Positions 51,764 to 64,000 of a DNA stretch of 64,000 nt are shown piece by piece; within the stretch, counting starts at the first letter, position 1; every line of letters starts with the position of its first letter. The notes under the pieces are model-generated. The model worked only from the letters and a program-made list of their open reading frames with translations. It did no database searches and had not been told where the DNA came from. The stretch lies in NCBI RefSeq assembly GCF_018350175.1, contig NC_058382.1, positions 54,872,001 to 54,936,000 on the forward strand, given 5' to 3'. Both the position numbers and the translations under genes were made by a program. Source of the DNA: Felis catus (Eukaryota).

Positions 51764-54700
51764 AGTGTTTCCACTCAGTCTGTTCCCACTCGTCTCGCTC
51801 TCATTCATTCTTTGATCATTCATCCTTCAGTTTACCCGGCGTCTGGTGTGTCCCAGCCTCACAGGCATGGGAGACACAGCCACGCACAAGGTCTGTACAG
51901 ATGCTGACTGGGCTCTCAGAGGCCGACTTGAGGGGCCAGGGCAAGCTTCCCGGAGGAGGTGACATCAAAGTGGGCATTTGGGGGAGGAGCTGGAGTTAGC
52001 TGTGTGAAAAGGGGACATGGTGCTTGTTTCCTGTCCAGGGTACCTTACCTGCAGAGGCTCAGGGTTGCTGAGGCAAGGGGCGGGCTTCCAGACCTCTGGG
52101 AGGGTGATACCTTCTTCTCCCTCACAGTGAGGCGCGTCGTTCAGATGCAGAGCTTAGACGGTAGACCAGCAGTACGGGTCTTGTTCGTGGGGCCCCTGTT
52201 CCACAAGTGCCGTGGTACTTGGAGGTCTGGGAGCCCTTTGCAACAGGCAGGGACCCAGCACAAGTTGTCAGCAAACTGACCCACGCGGCTGCCATTCCCC
52301 CGGGACCCAGCCCCTAGGGGGCCTATGCTTACGCCTCTAGGCTTTGGAGCCCCATCCTCTCTGTGAAGGCCCTGCCCAGCCTAGCTCAGGGTGAGGGGTG
52401 GGGAGAGCCGAGCTGTGTGTGTGCAGAGTGCCCAGCACAGGAGAGGTTTCTGCACATGGCAGCTCCTTCCTGCAGGCATCCAAGGTCCCCGTCCTGGCCT
52501 GGCTGGGGCTGGGGCGGAGGCTGAGGAGGCGACCTCCTGGCAGGAGGAGTCTTCAGGGGGAAGGAGAGACCCTGGGAAATTCCCCAGCGGTCCAGTGCTA
52601 GGAATTTGGCTTTGCTTCCTCCAGGGGCTCCGGAATCCAGTAGATGTACTGAAGTCTTAGTTCCCGCTTCGGCAAGGCAATCCATCATGTTTCTGGCCAG
52701 CAGGATTCTGGTGTCTTCTCAGTGCCAGCCTTTTGGTCCCTGGGGAGCAGGCAGGGAAGCAGAGAGGGTGTGGAGCTTATGGACACCCTGGTGACGTGGC
52801 CAGAGGCCCGCAGTTTCCCGGGGAGTCTGACGCCCCTTGGGGGCTGTAAAAGGTTGTGTGGACCTTTGGTTAAGTGCTGCCGAAGGTTCCAATTCCTCTG
52901 GCAAAATCATCTCTGCTTATTAATTAATTAGTTCCACATTTACTGAGCTCCTACTACATGCTAGGAAAACGGCCCTGCAGCGAACAAAGCCCCTTTTCTC
53001 ATGGCTGGGGGGACCTGCCCCTAACCTGATAAATACATCGCATGTCGGGTGTGAGTAAGGACCGTGAAGGAGACCAAAGCAGGGTGAGGGGGTAGGAATG
53101 TCCATGATGTGAACAGGGTGGGCTTCGCCAGGGAAACACTTAAGCTGAGGCTTGAAGGAAGTGAGCAGGTGAGCCACAGGTGTCTGCGGTAGAATGTTCT
53201 AGACAGAGGGAGCAAGTGCAGAGGCCCGGAGGGAGAGCGTGGTGGGCTCGGAGTAGCACGTGCTGGGGTCAGGCATTGAGCTGGGTGCAGGGCACACGCT
53301 GTCCCCTCTCACCCAGTGACTCCTGTGACCATTCCCACTTTACTGATGGGCCACGTTGAGGCTTGGGGTGACTCCGCGCACAGCGGGCCGCGCAGCCTCA
53401 GCTCGTGCGTTTGTGTCATCTCCACCCTCGTTTGGCCGCAGGCCTTGGATGAGGGACCAGCAGCGGAGGTTTTCGTTTGTGGGGCTCCCTGTTCCTGCAC
53501 GGTGAGCGGAGGGTGGCAGTGAGCAGGTGGGGGGCACTCCCGTTCGGGGGCTCTTAGTTGTCGGCTCTGGCGGCCAACGTGTGATGTGGCCCTGATCTGT
53601 GTCGTGTGTCCTGGGGGCAGGTGGCTGTGGCCAGACGTCGAGGGGGTTGGAGCTCACAAGAGCCCAGTGAGGACAAGCCTCGGGGGCCCGGTGTGCGGCC
53701 TGGAATTTCCTTCCCAAAGGGCCCGGTTGGGGTCCCGCCTCTGCTGCCACGCGGCCGTGTGACACCGAGCAAGTCACCCCCTTTCGGGTTCCTAGTTTTC
53801 ATCTTGGTGAGAATGGGGTCAGTAAAGCTCCCTGCCCCACCTCCCTTCCGGAGCTTCTGGAGGATCAAGTAAGATTATATAGGAGGTAGGCTTTTGTCAG
53901 CTCTAAGCCCTGTACACGAGAATCCTGATTTTCCTTTTATTTAATTGCAAAAACAGCATCAAAGGCACGTTGAAGAGAGTTTAAAAGGTAAAGGAGAGAA
54001 AAATCCTGTACTTACAATTTTGCCAGCATAACATAGCCACGGGTGTCCCATCCTACCCAAATACACACCGGCTGAATGGATTTGAACCCATTTCCAGATA
54101 AATTCCGTGCTTTCTGAAACGGAGGCTGTGTGCCACCCAAACTCCGAACTTGGTCCGGGCCTTGGACCGCTCGTTGGCCTTTGCTGTCTGACCTCGGGCG
54201 CTGAGCGGAGTTGGCCGTTCGGACTTACTTGTGTTAGTTTTCGAATTGTCCTCGGTTTTTGCCCATAGATGCAGATAGCTTTTATATTTTTATGGGGTTC
54301 TGTTTCTGCTTTTGCTCCTCTGTCATCTGCATAGATTACGTTTTGCGTAGTCTTTGCAAGCAGTACTGTCAGTGGCTGCGTGATAAGTCCCCGCACCGCG
54401 TTTGATGGGTGTGTCTCCGGTCGGTTAGACACCGAAGCCGTTCTCAGCCCGTCTCCTTCCGTAGAGCACGCCGCAGCGAAATCAGAGTGCTCGTGGCTTC
54501 CTTTCACCCTTTCCTTCCAACGATGGATGATTGTTTGGAAGAATCCCTGGCGGGGGCGGGGGGGGGGCATTATTTGGTCAAAGGGTATGAACATTTTGCT
54601 GGCTTTGGATATTGATGAGGTTGTCTTGCCTTCCAAAAAAGTTGAACCCGTCTATGATGCCATCGCGACATGGGAACGCCCTGGTCCACACAGCCCAGTC

Positions 54701-55479
54701 AGCTTTGGGTGCCTCGTGCATAGCGGGCGCTGTTTTCCCTCTTCTGTTGTTTTTTTTCTTTCTTAAGTTAACTTTGTGGGTTGAAAATGGTGCAGTGTTG
54801 AGTGTTAGTCAACGATTGACGTTGGGACACACGCCCCAGTGTCTCCACTTGTGCTGCCCTTTTCTCCTGTCCCTCGTCGTAGCCCTTAGCACCGCTGTTA
54901 GCAACAAAGACTGCACAGAGTCCCCTCCAGCCAGGGCAGGGGGGTGGGCAGCGAGTGGCAGAGAGGGACTCCCACAGGTCATGTGGGTGGCGTATGGGAG
55001 AAGCCTTGGGGACGGGCACCTGGGGAGAGTGGGGCAGGAGGGGAGAAGGGAAATGGGGGTGCTGGAGAAAATCCCGGAGGAACAGAGACAAAGGCTGGCA
55101 AAAATAGCCCCTGGAAACAGCAGTGGGGATAAGGTGGAAGACAGGGTGTGGATGTGGGAGAGGGGACGGGAGGTGTCGCAGGGATGGGTGGGAGGGGAGA
55201 GGGTGCATAAAGCGAAAAGGGGCAGCTAGGGGAGGAGCAGGTGTCTGGGTTGGGGTGGTGAGAGAAGAGAGACAAGAGACTGAGAGATAGAGAGACAGGC
55301 ACGGAGAGAGGCAGAGACAGACAACGGGGACGAAGAGAGGAAAAGGGAAAGAAGGGGAGAACGAGAAGGGAATGAGACAGGAGGAGGGTGGTGACTGGGG
55401 AGGTTCATAAATCCTCAGTCTGTGTAAGGTCATTACTTTCTCTGCTGTTGGAAGGGCCCCTGAGCCTGGCTGGACCAGG

Positions 55480-57010
55480 GCGAGCAGTGGCGGTGGGGGC
55501 CTGGCCGTACCTCCCCGAGCGAGTGAGGGCACGGTCCTGGCATGCAGTGGGACGCCCCCGCAGAGCGACGAAGCTGTCTGCCCTGCCCTCCCGAGTGCCC
55601 CGCCCGCGTCAGGCGCCGGGGTGATGGGGCTGGGGGTGCCGGGGTGCACCGTCCGTGGGGCTGGGAGTGGGCAGGCTGGGAGATGCTGGCGAGTATTAGC
55701 TCCTCCTGCACCTGTGAAAGTCGTCCTGACACGGATGGGAGTACCACTGCCCGCTTCCTGGCTGGACGGAGAATTAGGTGAGGTTCGCGAGGTGAAGCCC
55801 CGGGAGTGGGCCCGGCACGCGGGCCAGGTTACCGTGTGGCCCGCGGGGCTGCCTTTGGCGGTGAGGACACGGTGTGAGCCCTGACCCAGCGCCTTGCCCC
55901 GTTCGGTCCCCAGCTGTGTGGCTGGTCGGTCCGATTGTTCCCATTTCGCAGGTGGGGAAACGGGTTCAGAGAGTTGGTGTAACAGACGTAGGAGTGGCGG
56001 CGGCAGCAAACCGCCTCCGTGGCCCCCCTGGGCACAAGGCGCGTGTCTGAGAGCCTCCAGGCCCTGGGCCTGGCGGGGGAGCGGGGAAGCTGGGAGGGGA
56101 GCATCCGCTGCGCGGGGCCAGGGGTCAGCTTGGGCGCGCATCCGCCCCGTGCCAGAGCCCAGCTCCGGCCACCATCTGTTTCGTTTCTCAGGCCCCGCCG
56201 GTGAACTTCTCACAAGGCTTAGGAAAGGTGATTTACTTATTAGCTGGTTTTTAATCTTTTTTGCCTCTCCATTCATTTCTTCCGCGTAAGTATGTGGAAA
56301 TGTGAGTCCGTACGTGATCTGCGTGGTCGAAGCCAGAGTCCTGGCTCAGGGGTCACAGCTGCGTCCACCTGGGTGAGGAATGTTCCAGAAGCTTGCCTCC
56401 AAGCGCCACCCCCACGTGCGGACCAGTCACCTGGGGAGGCGGGGCAGCGTTCGGTTGGCATGGGGCTCGTGGAGCCGCCTCTTCCTGGGTCTCTCGCCCA
56501 CGGCGGACCCCGATTTTCTACTCGCCTCTCCTCGGGGTGGTGCCGTGCCGCCCTGGACTTGGCTGTGCAGCGTGTGCACGCACCTGCCCGCTGACCGCAG
56601 CCTGCCTCCTCTTTTGTCCGACGCCGCGGCCGGGGGCACCCGGAGCAGGTCTGAGTGTGTGGAGGGCGTTTCCGGGAGTGTTCTGGGAACGGAGCAGATG
56701 CGGGGGTGAAGGTTCCCCAGAAGCGGCCTTTATTGACGCTCGGCACCAGCCCCTGGGCTGGGCCTTCTCGGGAACTTTCCAGAGGAAGGCCACACAGCCC
56801 TCTTTCCACCTCGGGCAGGAAATGGAGCCGGACATGCTCCCCACTGGAAGCCAGCACCAAAAGAGAGGTTTGGAGAGAAGCTCTGGCGGGTTCCTTTCCC
56901 GGGACTGGTGTTCAAGCGGCTTCTCGTGCCACGTGCCGCGTGCGTTCCTCTGCACGCCTCCGGGGGTCATGGTGTGCCCAGAGGGGTCGTCCGTGTCACC
57001 CAGGGCCATA
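55480..57010. promoter_or_regulatory. Intronic CpG-enriched segment, candidate internal promoter/enhancer
   Basis: Visibly more CpG than flanks, no recognised repeats, GC box near 56142, consensus donor GTAAGT at 56286. CpG o/e not computed. Confidence 0.45.
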
Positions 57011-57174
57011 GGGTCAGTAGCGGTGTGCCTGGGATGCAGACTCCTTCAGCTGAGTCCACATCCTGGGCCCCTCTGACTCGCTAAAGCTGCCCGAGGGCCT
57101 CTGGGTACCTGCTACTCTTGTCCCCGGACAACACAGAATGTGTTTTCGTCATGAGCGTCCTTAATAAGGATGAG

Positions 57175-57560
57175 TAACAGTAATTGCCGTCTACTGAGAG
57201 CCTCTAGGTGCCGTGTACTTTCCTGCACTATCTTGGTTAGCCCGCTAAGGAAGCCCGTGACACGGGCACCATATCTCCACTTTACAGATGAGGAAACCGA
57301 GGCACAGAGTAGTTACATAACTAGCTGTAGACTGCAGGGTTGATGTCAGAGTTGGGATTCCCACCTAGTTCGGGTGACTGAAGCCTTACACCTGGTGCCT
57401 GTAAGCCTTGGGGAAATTAGGTGACCTCTCTGAGCCTCAGTTTCTCCTTCTATACATGGACCTCATTATGCCCCGTATGGGGAGGACTTGGATTAGTGTG
57501 AAGGAATGACTGTGAAGTGCCTGGCACGTTGTCAGCTGTCATCATCGTTGTCATTGTTAT
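57175..57560. mobile_element. Two MIR relics in opposite orientation
   Basis: ctccactttacagatgaggaaaccgaggcacagag (minus) and acctctctgagcctcagtttctcc...gtgcctggcac (plus). Confidence 0.7.
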
Positions 57561-57840
57561 TACCACAACACAGAGTCTCCTGAGGGGCAGACACGGATGC
57601 CCAGGCTGCAGCTTCCTGGCCTGGGCGAAGCAGAGGGGAACCCCCCAGCGGGTGAGACCCCGGGCAGGTTGGGCACGATGATAAGTGGGAGCCGGGCAGA
57701 CCCAAAGGAGTGGGGCTCCTTTGCCTGCGACAGTAGGCACCGGAGGGACCTTCAGGAGGACGGACCAGCGCAGCCCGTCTGTTGCTCCATTTCCCGCAAG
57801 GAGGGAAGTTGCGGATTTCCGCCCTGGCATCCGGGGAAGG

Positions 57841-57858
57841 ATGGGACAGAGGGCTCGG
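57841..57858 (+). CDS. CMIP: Candidate alternative first coding mini-exon of a short CMIP isoform (MGQRAR)
   Basis: aaggATGG Kozak context, six codons, then phase-0 GT (CGG|gtgcgg), the same phase as exon 1. Resembles the recalled 6-aa start MGQAAE of human Tc-mip. The donor is weak. Confidence 0.5.
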
Positions 57859-60597
57859 GTGCGGTCCACTTAGGGGAGGACCGTGGGGAAGTGTCCCACA
57901 CTCACCATGCGGGCGTGGCTCTGCTCAGCTCGGGGACTGGATCCAGAGCTGGTTGAAGTCTCAGACCCGCTTATCGGAGGAGGGTAGGCAGGTGTGTCCC
58001 CTAATCTGAGATATACTGGCTCCCTCCTGCTTTGCTTTTTTGTGGAAGAAGTGACTGAGACCTCAGAGCTATTGGCTGCTGTTGTTTGGAAGCCTTGAGA
58101 CATGGAGCTACCTTGGTAGAGAAGCAGCCCCAGCCTGGGATCTGTGAGACCTGTCACCTCCTCCTGGCGGCCCTCCCTGACAATCAGTGGCAGGCGCCCA
58201 TCCTTCATGGGTTACCTCCACTCAACTACTTCACGGTTATTTTCTTTCCACCTTATTTCCCCACCTAGACAGGAAGTTTTTAGTCCTCGGTCTCACGTCT
58301 GAATTGTGCATGTTTGTGAGATAATCCCCACCCTCTCTGGGACAGAGTGACCGCATGAGGAGGAACAGAAGGAGCAGGGTCCTTGTTCCAGGTACAAGGG
58401 AGCAGGTGAGCTAGTGACCAAGGGTGGGGGGGCTTGAAGATGTTATAAATCTGGGGTCATAAGCCGAGCTATGCCTCAGTTTTCTTATCTGTAAAATGGG
58501 GCTAAGGGCACCTCAAAGGGTTGATGTGAGTAGTGGGTGAGTTCACACACGTAACACGTATCAATGGGGTCTGGCCCATTGTAAGCATTATGGTTATTGT
58601 TACTGATTATTGCATTTAATCAGCTAAGAAATAAACATTAAGTCAGTCTTTATGCCTGCTGTCGTGCTGAGGATACAGTAGTGAACAAAAACAATCCCCC
58701 GCCATCGTGGGTGTTCACCAGTTGGGAGAGAGGGACAGGAAATGGATGCATACGTGAAACGTTAAGCAGCACATGGGGGCAGGGTGTATGTACAGCAGGG
58801 AAGGGTTTTTCAGCGTCAAGTTGGATGAACTCTTGTGCACATGGCTTTTGTGATTTTGGTGTCACAACGACCCTCACACAGCATCATGAAGAGAAGGTTC
58901 CTAAAGGCATGACATCTGGGTTGAGGTGGAGGTCAGCCCCCACAGGTACCCCTGGAACCCATTTGGGGGCCCCGGGGAACACAGTCAGAAAACTGACGCT
59001 CCATATCCTGGGTTTCTGCCCAATTAAATAATCCAAGTTTAAGAAGAACGTTCCGTTAACCAGAATGGTGGGGCAGGAGTGGGGGTTGGGGCAAAGGGCA
59101 GGTCTCAGTGGGAGAAACTGGCACAGCTGGAAGGCAGCCCTGGGGATGCCCACGTGCGCCCGGGCAGTGGGGCCCTCGGCTCACCCTGTGGTGGCAGGTG
59201 AGCTCAGGTGTTGGAAGAGGCCATGAAGGTGGATTTGCAGAGATGTGCTGGGTGCTGGGCCCCTTAAGGGTGTCTGGGGCTGTGGGAGGGTCTCATTGTA
59301 GAGGGAGGGAAGGACACTGGACCTTAGATACAGCCTGGGGCCGGGGGTGAATGGAGCCCATAGCACCCACACGGAGGTCCCTTCCAGCCCTGCCTGGCCG
59401 CTTCGAGTAGCTGTGGGGTCCAGTATCTTGGGGCTCCCGTCTGCCCAGGTATCTCTGGGCCCCCGAGGACCGCCATTTATAAGAACAGCCGTCATGTGGG
59501 AGGACCTGCTGTGTGTCTTACGGCCTTCTGCCTTTTCAGGGCCCTCCTCTCCCTCTGTAACACCCAGTGGGTAAGGGCTCCCTACCCCAGAGGAAGAGCA
59601 CGGCGCTTGGCCAGGTTGAGCCGCTTGTCCGAGGCCGCCCAGAGTTGCCCAGGGGGAGCTCGGGATTGTTAAGCGTGTCAGGCTTAGCTCTAAAGAGCCT
59701 CTGGACCCTGCTGGCAGCTTCTAGAAGGGTCTTGGCGAGGGGGTGGCATAGGGAGGGGACTTTCCCTCACTGTCATTAGCTCGAGACCTGTGGGGCCTTA
59801 CGACACGGCCTGCTTGGAGAAGTCGCAGCGATAGGTCATCCCACCAGTGACGTCCAGCCTCGGCGGCCTGGCCCTCTGCGAGTGTCCAGGCCTTGGCGGC
59901 TGGGATCCGGCTGATCTCAAATCCCACAGGACTTGAGTAGAGCTCCGAATGCTAGTTCTCAGAGCTGACACCGTAGGCTCCGCCGTGGGGCCGCCCGGCC
60001 TGCATTCTGACTGTGCTGCCAGAGGCCAGCCTGAAAGCCTCCGCGCGCGCCCGGCCTCCTCCTCTGCCCTGGCAGCCTCGGGGCCTGTGGAGAAGGCTCT
60101 TGCTTTCTGCTTTTCTGCCTTTGCAGTGTGGGGCCCCGGGTCCTTTTCACGCCACGGTTACCACCGCTCGTGCCTCTCTGAGTCGGCCCTGTCCCGCACA
60201 CGGCACGGGCACGGGCCCGGTACAGCAGCACTTCCTTTGCTCAGTTCCTCCTCTGGGCCCTAAGTTTCGGTTTCCTTTTCATCGTTGTTCGTCTGTTGGT
60301 TCGTTCATTCGTGCGTGCTCGCGTTCATTCGCCCGTCATCCGCACTCGCTCATTCCCTCTCGGGATAGCGGCATCGTGGAGAGGGCTGTCCGTCGCGGAG
60401 TCACACAGAGCTGGCGCGGGAACCCCCCCTCCTGGCCTTGGGTCTGTGGACACACTGCTTCCTCCGTTGCCTTGTCTGAAGCAGTGGGGCTGGTGTTCCT
60501 CCTAGGCCTGTCGAGAGCCCAAAACGGAACATGAGTGTGGAGCCCCTGGCACAGGTGTGTCCAGCACAGGGCCCTGGTGATGTCACGAGTCTGTGAT

Positions 60598-60770
60598 CCT
60601 CCCCCTCCCCCTTCCCTCCCCCGCCCTCCCTTCCCCCCTTCCCTCCCCCCTCTTCCCCCTCTCTTCCTTCCTTCTCCTCTCCCCTCCCCTTCCTTCCTTC
60701 CCCCTCCCCTCCCCTTCCCCCTCTCCTTCCTTCCTTCCTTCCTTCCTTCCTTCCTTCCTTCCTTCCTTCC
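60598..60770. repeat. Polypyrimidine tract ending in (CCTT)n
   Basis: About 170 nt of C/T only on the + strand. Confidence 0.92.
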
Positions 60771-61532
60771 TGTAAAACTTGCTGAGGCACAGGGTTGAGT
60801 TAGATGTGGCCTGTGTCCCCAGCCTGGCTGGTCTGGGTTGTCTCCCCGACCTTTCTCCACGACCAGTCTGCTGCAGGCTCCCAGCAGCTCTGAGGGGTCC
60901 CCCTGGGCCTCTGGCCACTCACCACCCACCACCGTTACTAGGCTCGTGCTCCCCTTGGTTTGCTCCTAGTGGTTCTGACCACATGCACACGTGCTCTCAG
61001 AACATGCCTACACACCTCTGCACACCCCGCACACGCACACGCACGTGTTCACATGTCACACTGGCCCGGAAGCAACACGTGTCTTGGGCCCTTGCATGTC
61101 CTGCCTCCTCCAGGCATCACGGCCACACGTGAATGGCTGGACAGACCTCACTCTTGCACATCTGTGGACACTCAGCCCACGGTTCCCTGACTCTGCATGT
61201 GTGCACGTCCCCATTTATTCTCTGCTGTGCACATCTCTCTGGACGTGCACAGGCCTCTGTGCCCAGCTGTGTAACCACCCACCTATGCACACGTTTATTT
61301 TTTTTAGTACACATGTAGCATTTGTAGGGCCGTCTCTTTAAGTGCTTTACAAATAGGAATTCATTGAGTCCCCCTAACAACACCATGAAGCTGTGACATT
61401 AGGGAAGCTGTGATGTAGAGAAGTTGTGTCAGTTGCTCAGGGTCATACGCTAGTACAGGGCTGGGCCAAGATTCGGTCCCGGCCTGGCTCCGGTCCCAGC
61501 TTTGAACCCTGCCCTGATGCTGTTTCCTCATG

Positions 61533-61535
<3 letters not shown>

Positions 61536-61586
<51 letters not shown>
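61536..61586. repeat. (GT)n microsatellite (~25 units)
   Basis: Read directly. Confidence 0.95.
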
Positions 61587-61588
<2 letters not shown>

Positions 61589-62653
61589 CTCGGCACACAC
61601 CCCTTGCAGTGCACGCACGTGACCACTGAGCACTCGTTCGCAAGGGTGTGGATGCACACGCCTCACACATGTGCTAGAAGGACCCAGCACACGTGCTTGA
61701 GAACACGCTTGGGTCCTCACGCGCATCCCAGTCACACACAGCCTCCACTTCCCCATCTCCAGCTCCCTTTCGGAGAGCCCTCTTGCTTACCCTGCCCTCG
61801 CTTAACCTGCCCGGTGACTCTGCAGGCCTAGGCTTGGCCCCCCCCCCCCCCCCGGCCACCCTCCCCCTGGCTTGTGGCCTCTTTAGCGCCCCTCTTCCAT
61901 CTGCCAGGCCCCCGCTTGACTTTCTTCCCGTCCATCTTCTCAGCTGACGCGGGACCCCAGCCCCTAAATGCCCCAGAATCTGGGAAACTCCTCCCTGGAT
62001 TGGGCTTAGGACATGGCCACATCCAGGGAGAAGTGACTGGTCCAGTGGCTTCCCAGGAGTCCGTGGCAGGAAACCCACATTTCCTTCTGGTCCTTCATTT
62101 CCTGCCCGCGCTCTGTGCCCCACCCCCATCCCCACCCTGGCAGGGCCTTCTGGTTCTGAACCGCGCCTGCAGCGGCTGCCTGGTCCTGTCCTATTCTGTC
62201 CGGGGCCCCCAGTTGCTGCCTCTGCTCTCAGAGTCGGGTCTGGGCTTGTTGGCCTGGGCGAGACTCTCCTATTTTGGCCTCTTCAGAAGCATCCAGACTT
62301 CTCGGCCATGACCCCAGTGTCCTCGGCCCTCCCCTGCCAGGCTCCCCAGCGTGTTCTTGCCTTTATGTGTGTCTGCGCCTTGCTTGACTCTCCCCTCCAG
62401 AGGAACCCCTTCTTTCCTTCTCCAAAACATACCCAGCCTCCGGTGAGGAGCCAAGCCCCCCCTTTGGATTCGGCCACCTGCGGCCGTTCCTGGTCTCTGC
62501 TCCTCCTTCTGGTGTGTTCTACCAGCTCGAGCCCCTGACCTTTGTTAGAGCTGGTGGTCGGTGCTGTCTGAGCCCTGCTGGATATGGAACCATGGGCTTT
62601 GAGTGAACCTTAGTAACTTTTCTTTCGGTGAATTTTGACTCTTGAGCAAGACA

Positions 62654-62775
62654 CCTTTCTTCCCTCTCTCTCTCCCTCCCTCCCTTTCTTCCTCCCTGCC
62701 TCCCTCCCTCCTTCCCTCCCTGCCTCCCTCCTTCCCCCCTTCCTTCCCTCCCTCTTTTCTCCCTTCTTTCTCTCT
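62654..62775. repeat. Polypyrimidine low-complexity tract, (CCCT)n-like
   Basis: Nearly pure C/T run read directly. Confidence 0.85.
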
Positions 62776-64000
62776 GTGTGCCAAGCACTGTGCCAAGCCT
62801 TGAGTACCCACTTCTTTGAAACCCCACGAATTGAACTAACAAGAGAAGAAAACCCCAAGGAGATGAGAAATCACCTGATTATGCAGGTGCCTTCTGCCAA
62901 TCGGTTGAAAAGTTTTTATGAGCAAATCTGGTGGTTATCCTTTGGAAAATAAGCAAAGGCAAACCACTTCCTGCCGCTTCCAGGAGCCGCTTTCTAAGAC
63001 CTACCAAGAATCTGAAACTTCAGGCAAGCTTCCTCCGTTTTCCTGGAGAACTCCGCAGTTTGAGTTGGTGAAATCCCACTGGGCCCTGTGGGGTTGGAGA
63101 TTGCATTTCAGTCTTGTCTCGCAAAGGAACGGCTGAGATCGAGTAATTTGGCGAGAGGAAAAGGGGAGCTTTGGCGTGTGGTGCGCAGGCAGTGCCCTTG
63201 CCATGCGGCTGGTGCCTCTTGGTTTTGCAGACGGGAACCCGGACCCCCTCCCCTGCGTCAGCCACCTCTTTGGGCCCCGGCCAGCTCTGGAAGTGTGCCC
63301 TGCCACGCGTGGATTCAGGGCTCTTTACACTTTTTTCTTGACCTTGTCCTGAATTTCTAGATGGGGAGAAAACAGTGGTCTGCCGTCCTGAGGGTGGGGG
63401 GCAGGACTACGGGGCGGTTAAGACACGGGCCCTGAGCCTTCGGTTGGAATTTAGCTTGGCCACTAACTAGCAAGTTACATAACCCCTCTCTCCATGCCTT
63501 AGTTCCTTATTCGTAAAACAATGATTCTACTACTCCCCTGGGGGTGGTGGGAGGGCTTTTTATTCAGTAAACACACGTAATGCACCCACCACATGCTGGG
63601 CCCGGTGCTGAGGCTGGGCAGCCCGCAGAGGCAGGCACGACCAACCGAGCCCGCTGTGCAGGTGAGGGAACTGTAGCCCAGCTGGTGGGCAGGAGGCCCC
63701 GGCTTTCGACCAGGGAGTCCGGCCCCAGGGTCCAGGCTTTGTCCCCACCGAGCTGCACTGCTGCCCTCGATGGGCTCAGACGAGATGCCGCACGTCAGCC
63801 GGGTGACCGTTTAGCGCGTTTTGCTTGGGACAGTCGCCGTGTCACTTTCAGTCCTGGTGTAATGACCACCATTTCATTTCATTCTCCAGAGTGTCCTGGT
63901 GGAGGATGGGCTATGTGGTCAGCTCACGAATAGGGCATTGAGGACAGTCCCATGAACACTGTGGGCACTGGATTCTTGGGGGGGGGGAGGTGACACAGCC

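Noticed and set aside
54768..56276. 502-aa minus-strand ORF
   Set aside because: Runs through a GA-rich low-complexity tract and CpG-rich DNA. Composition is biased and no domain is recognisable.

Overview
GC-rich mammalian genomic DNA from a carnivore, most likely a felid, judged from tRNA-derived Can-SINEs of the SINEC_Fc type. The window holds the 5' end of CMIP (c-Maf inducing protein): about 12 kb of repeat-rich upstream DNA, a CpG-island promoter (~11.9-13.6 kb), a 100-codon first coding exon (12918-13217, phase-0 GT donor) and about 51 kb of intron 1. I did not find exon 2. The rest is interspersed repeats (Can-SINEs, several nested; L1, L2, MIR, MLT1, a solo ERV LTR, MER DNA-transposon relics) and microsatellites. 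Almost all ORFs in the track are GC-rich or repeat-derived noise. I see no evidence of a new multi-gene system. The best leads are regulatory: a candidate internal first exon encoding MGQRAR (57841-57858, resembling the start of the human short Tc-mip isoform as I recall it), a second candidate first exon near 56.1-56.3 kb, a 5-codon uORF, twin CRE palindromes in the promoter, kB-type motifs around the internal promoter zone and an antisense solo LTR. Gene and repeat names come from recalled consensus sequences, not searches. Repeat boundaries are approximate.
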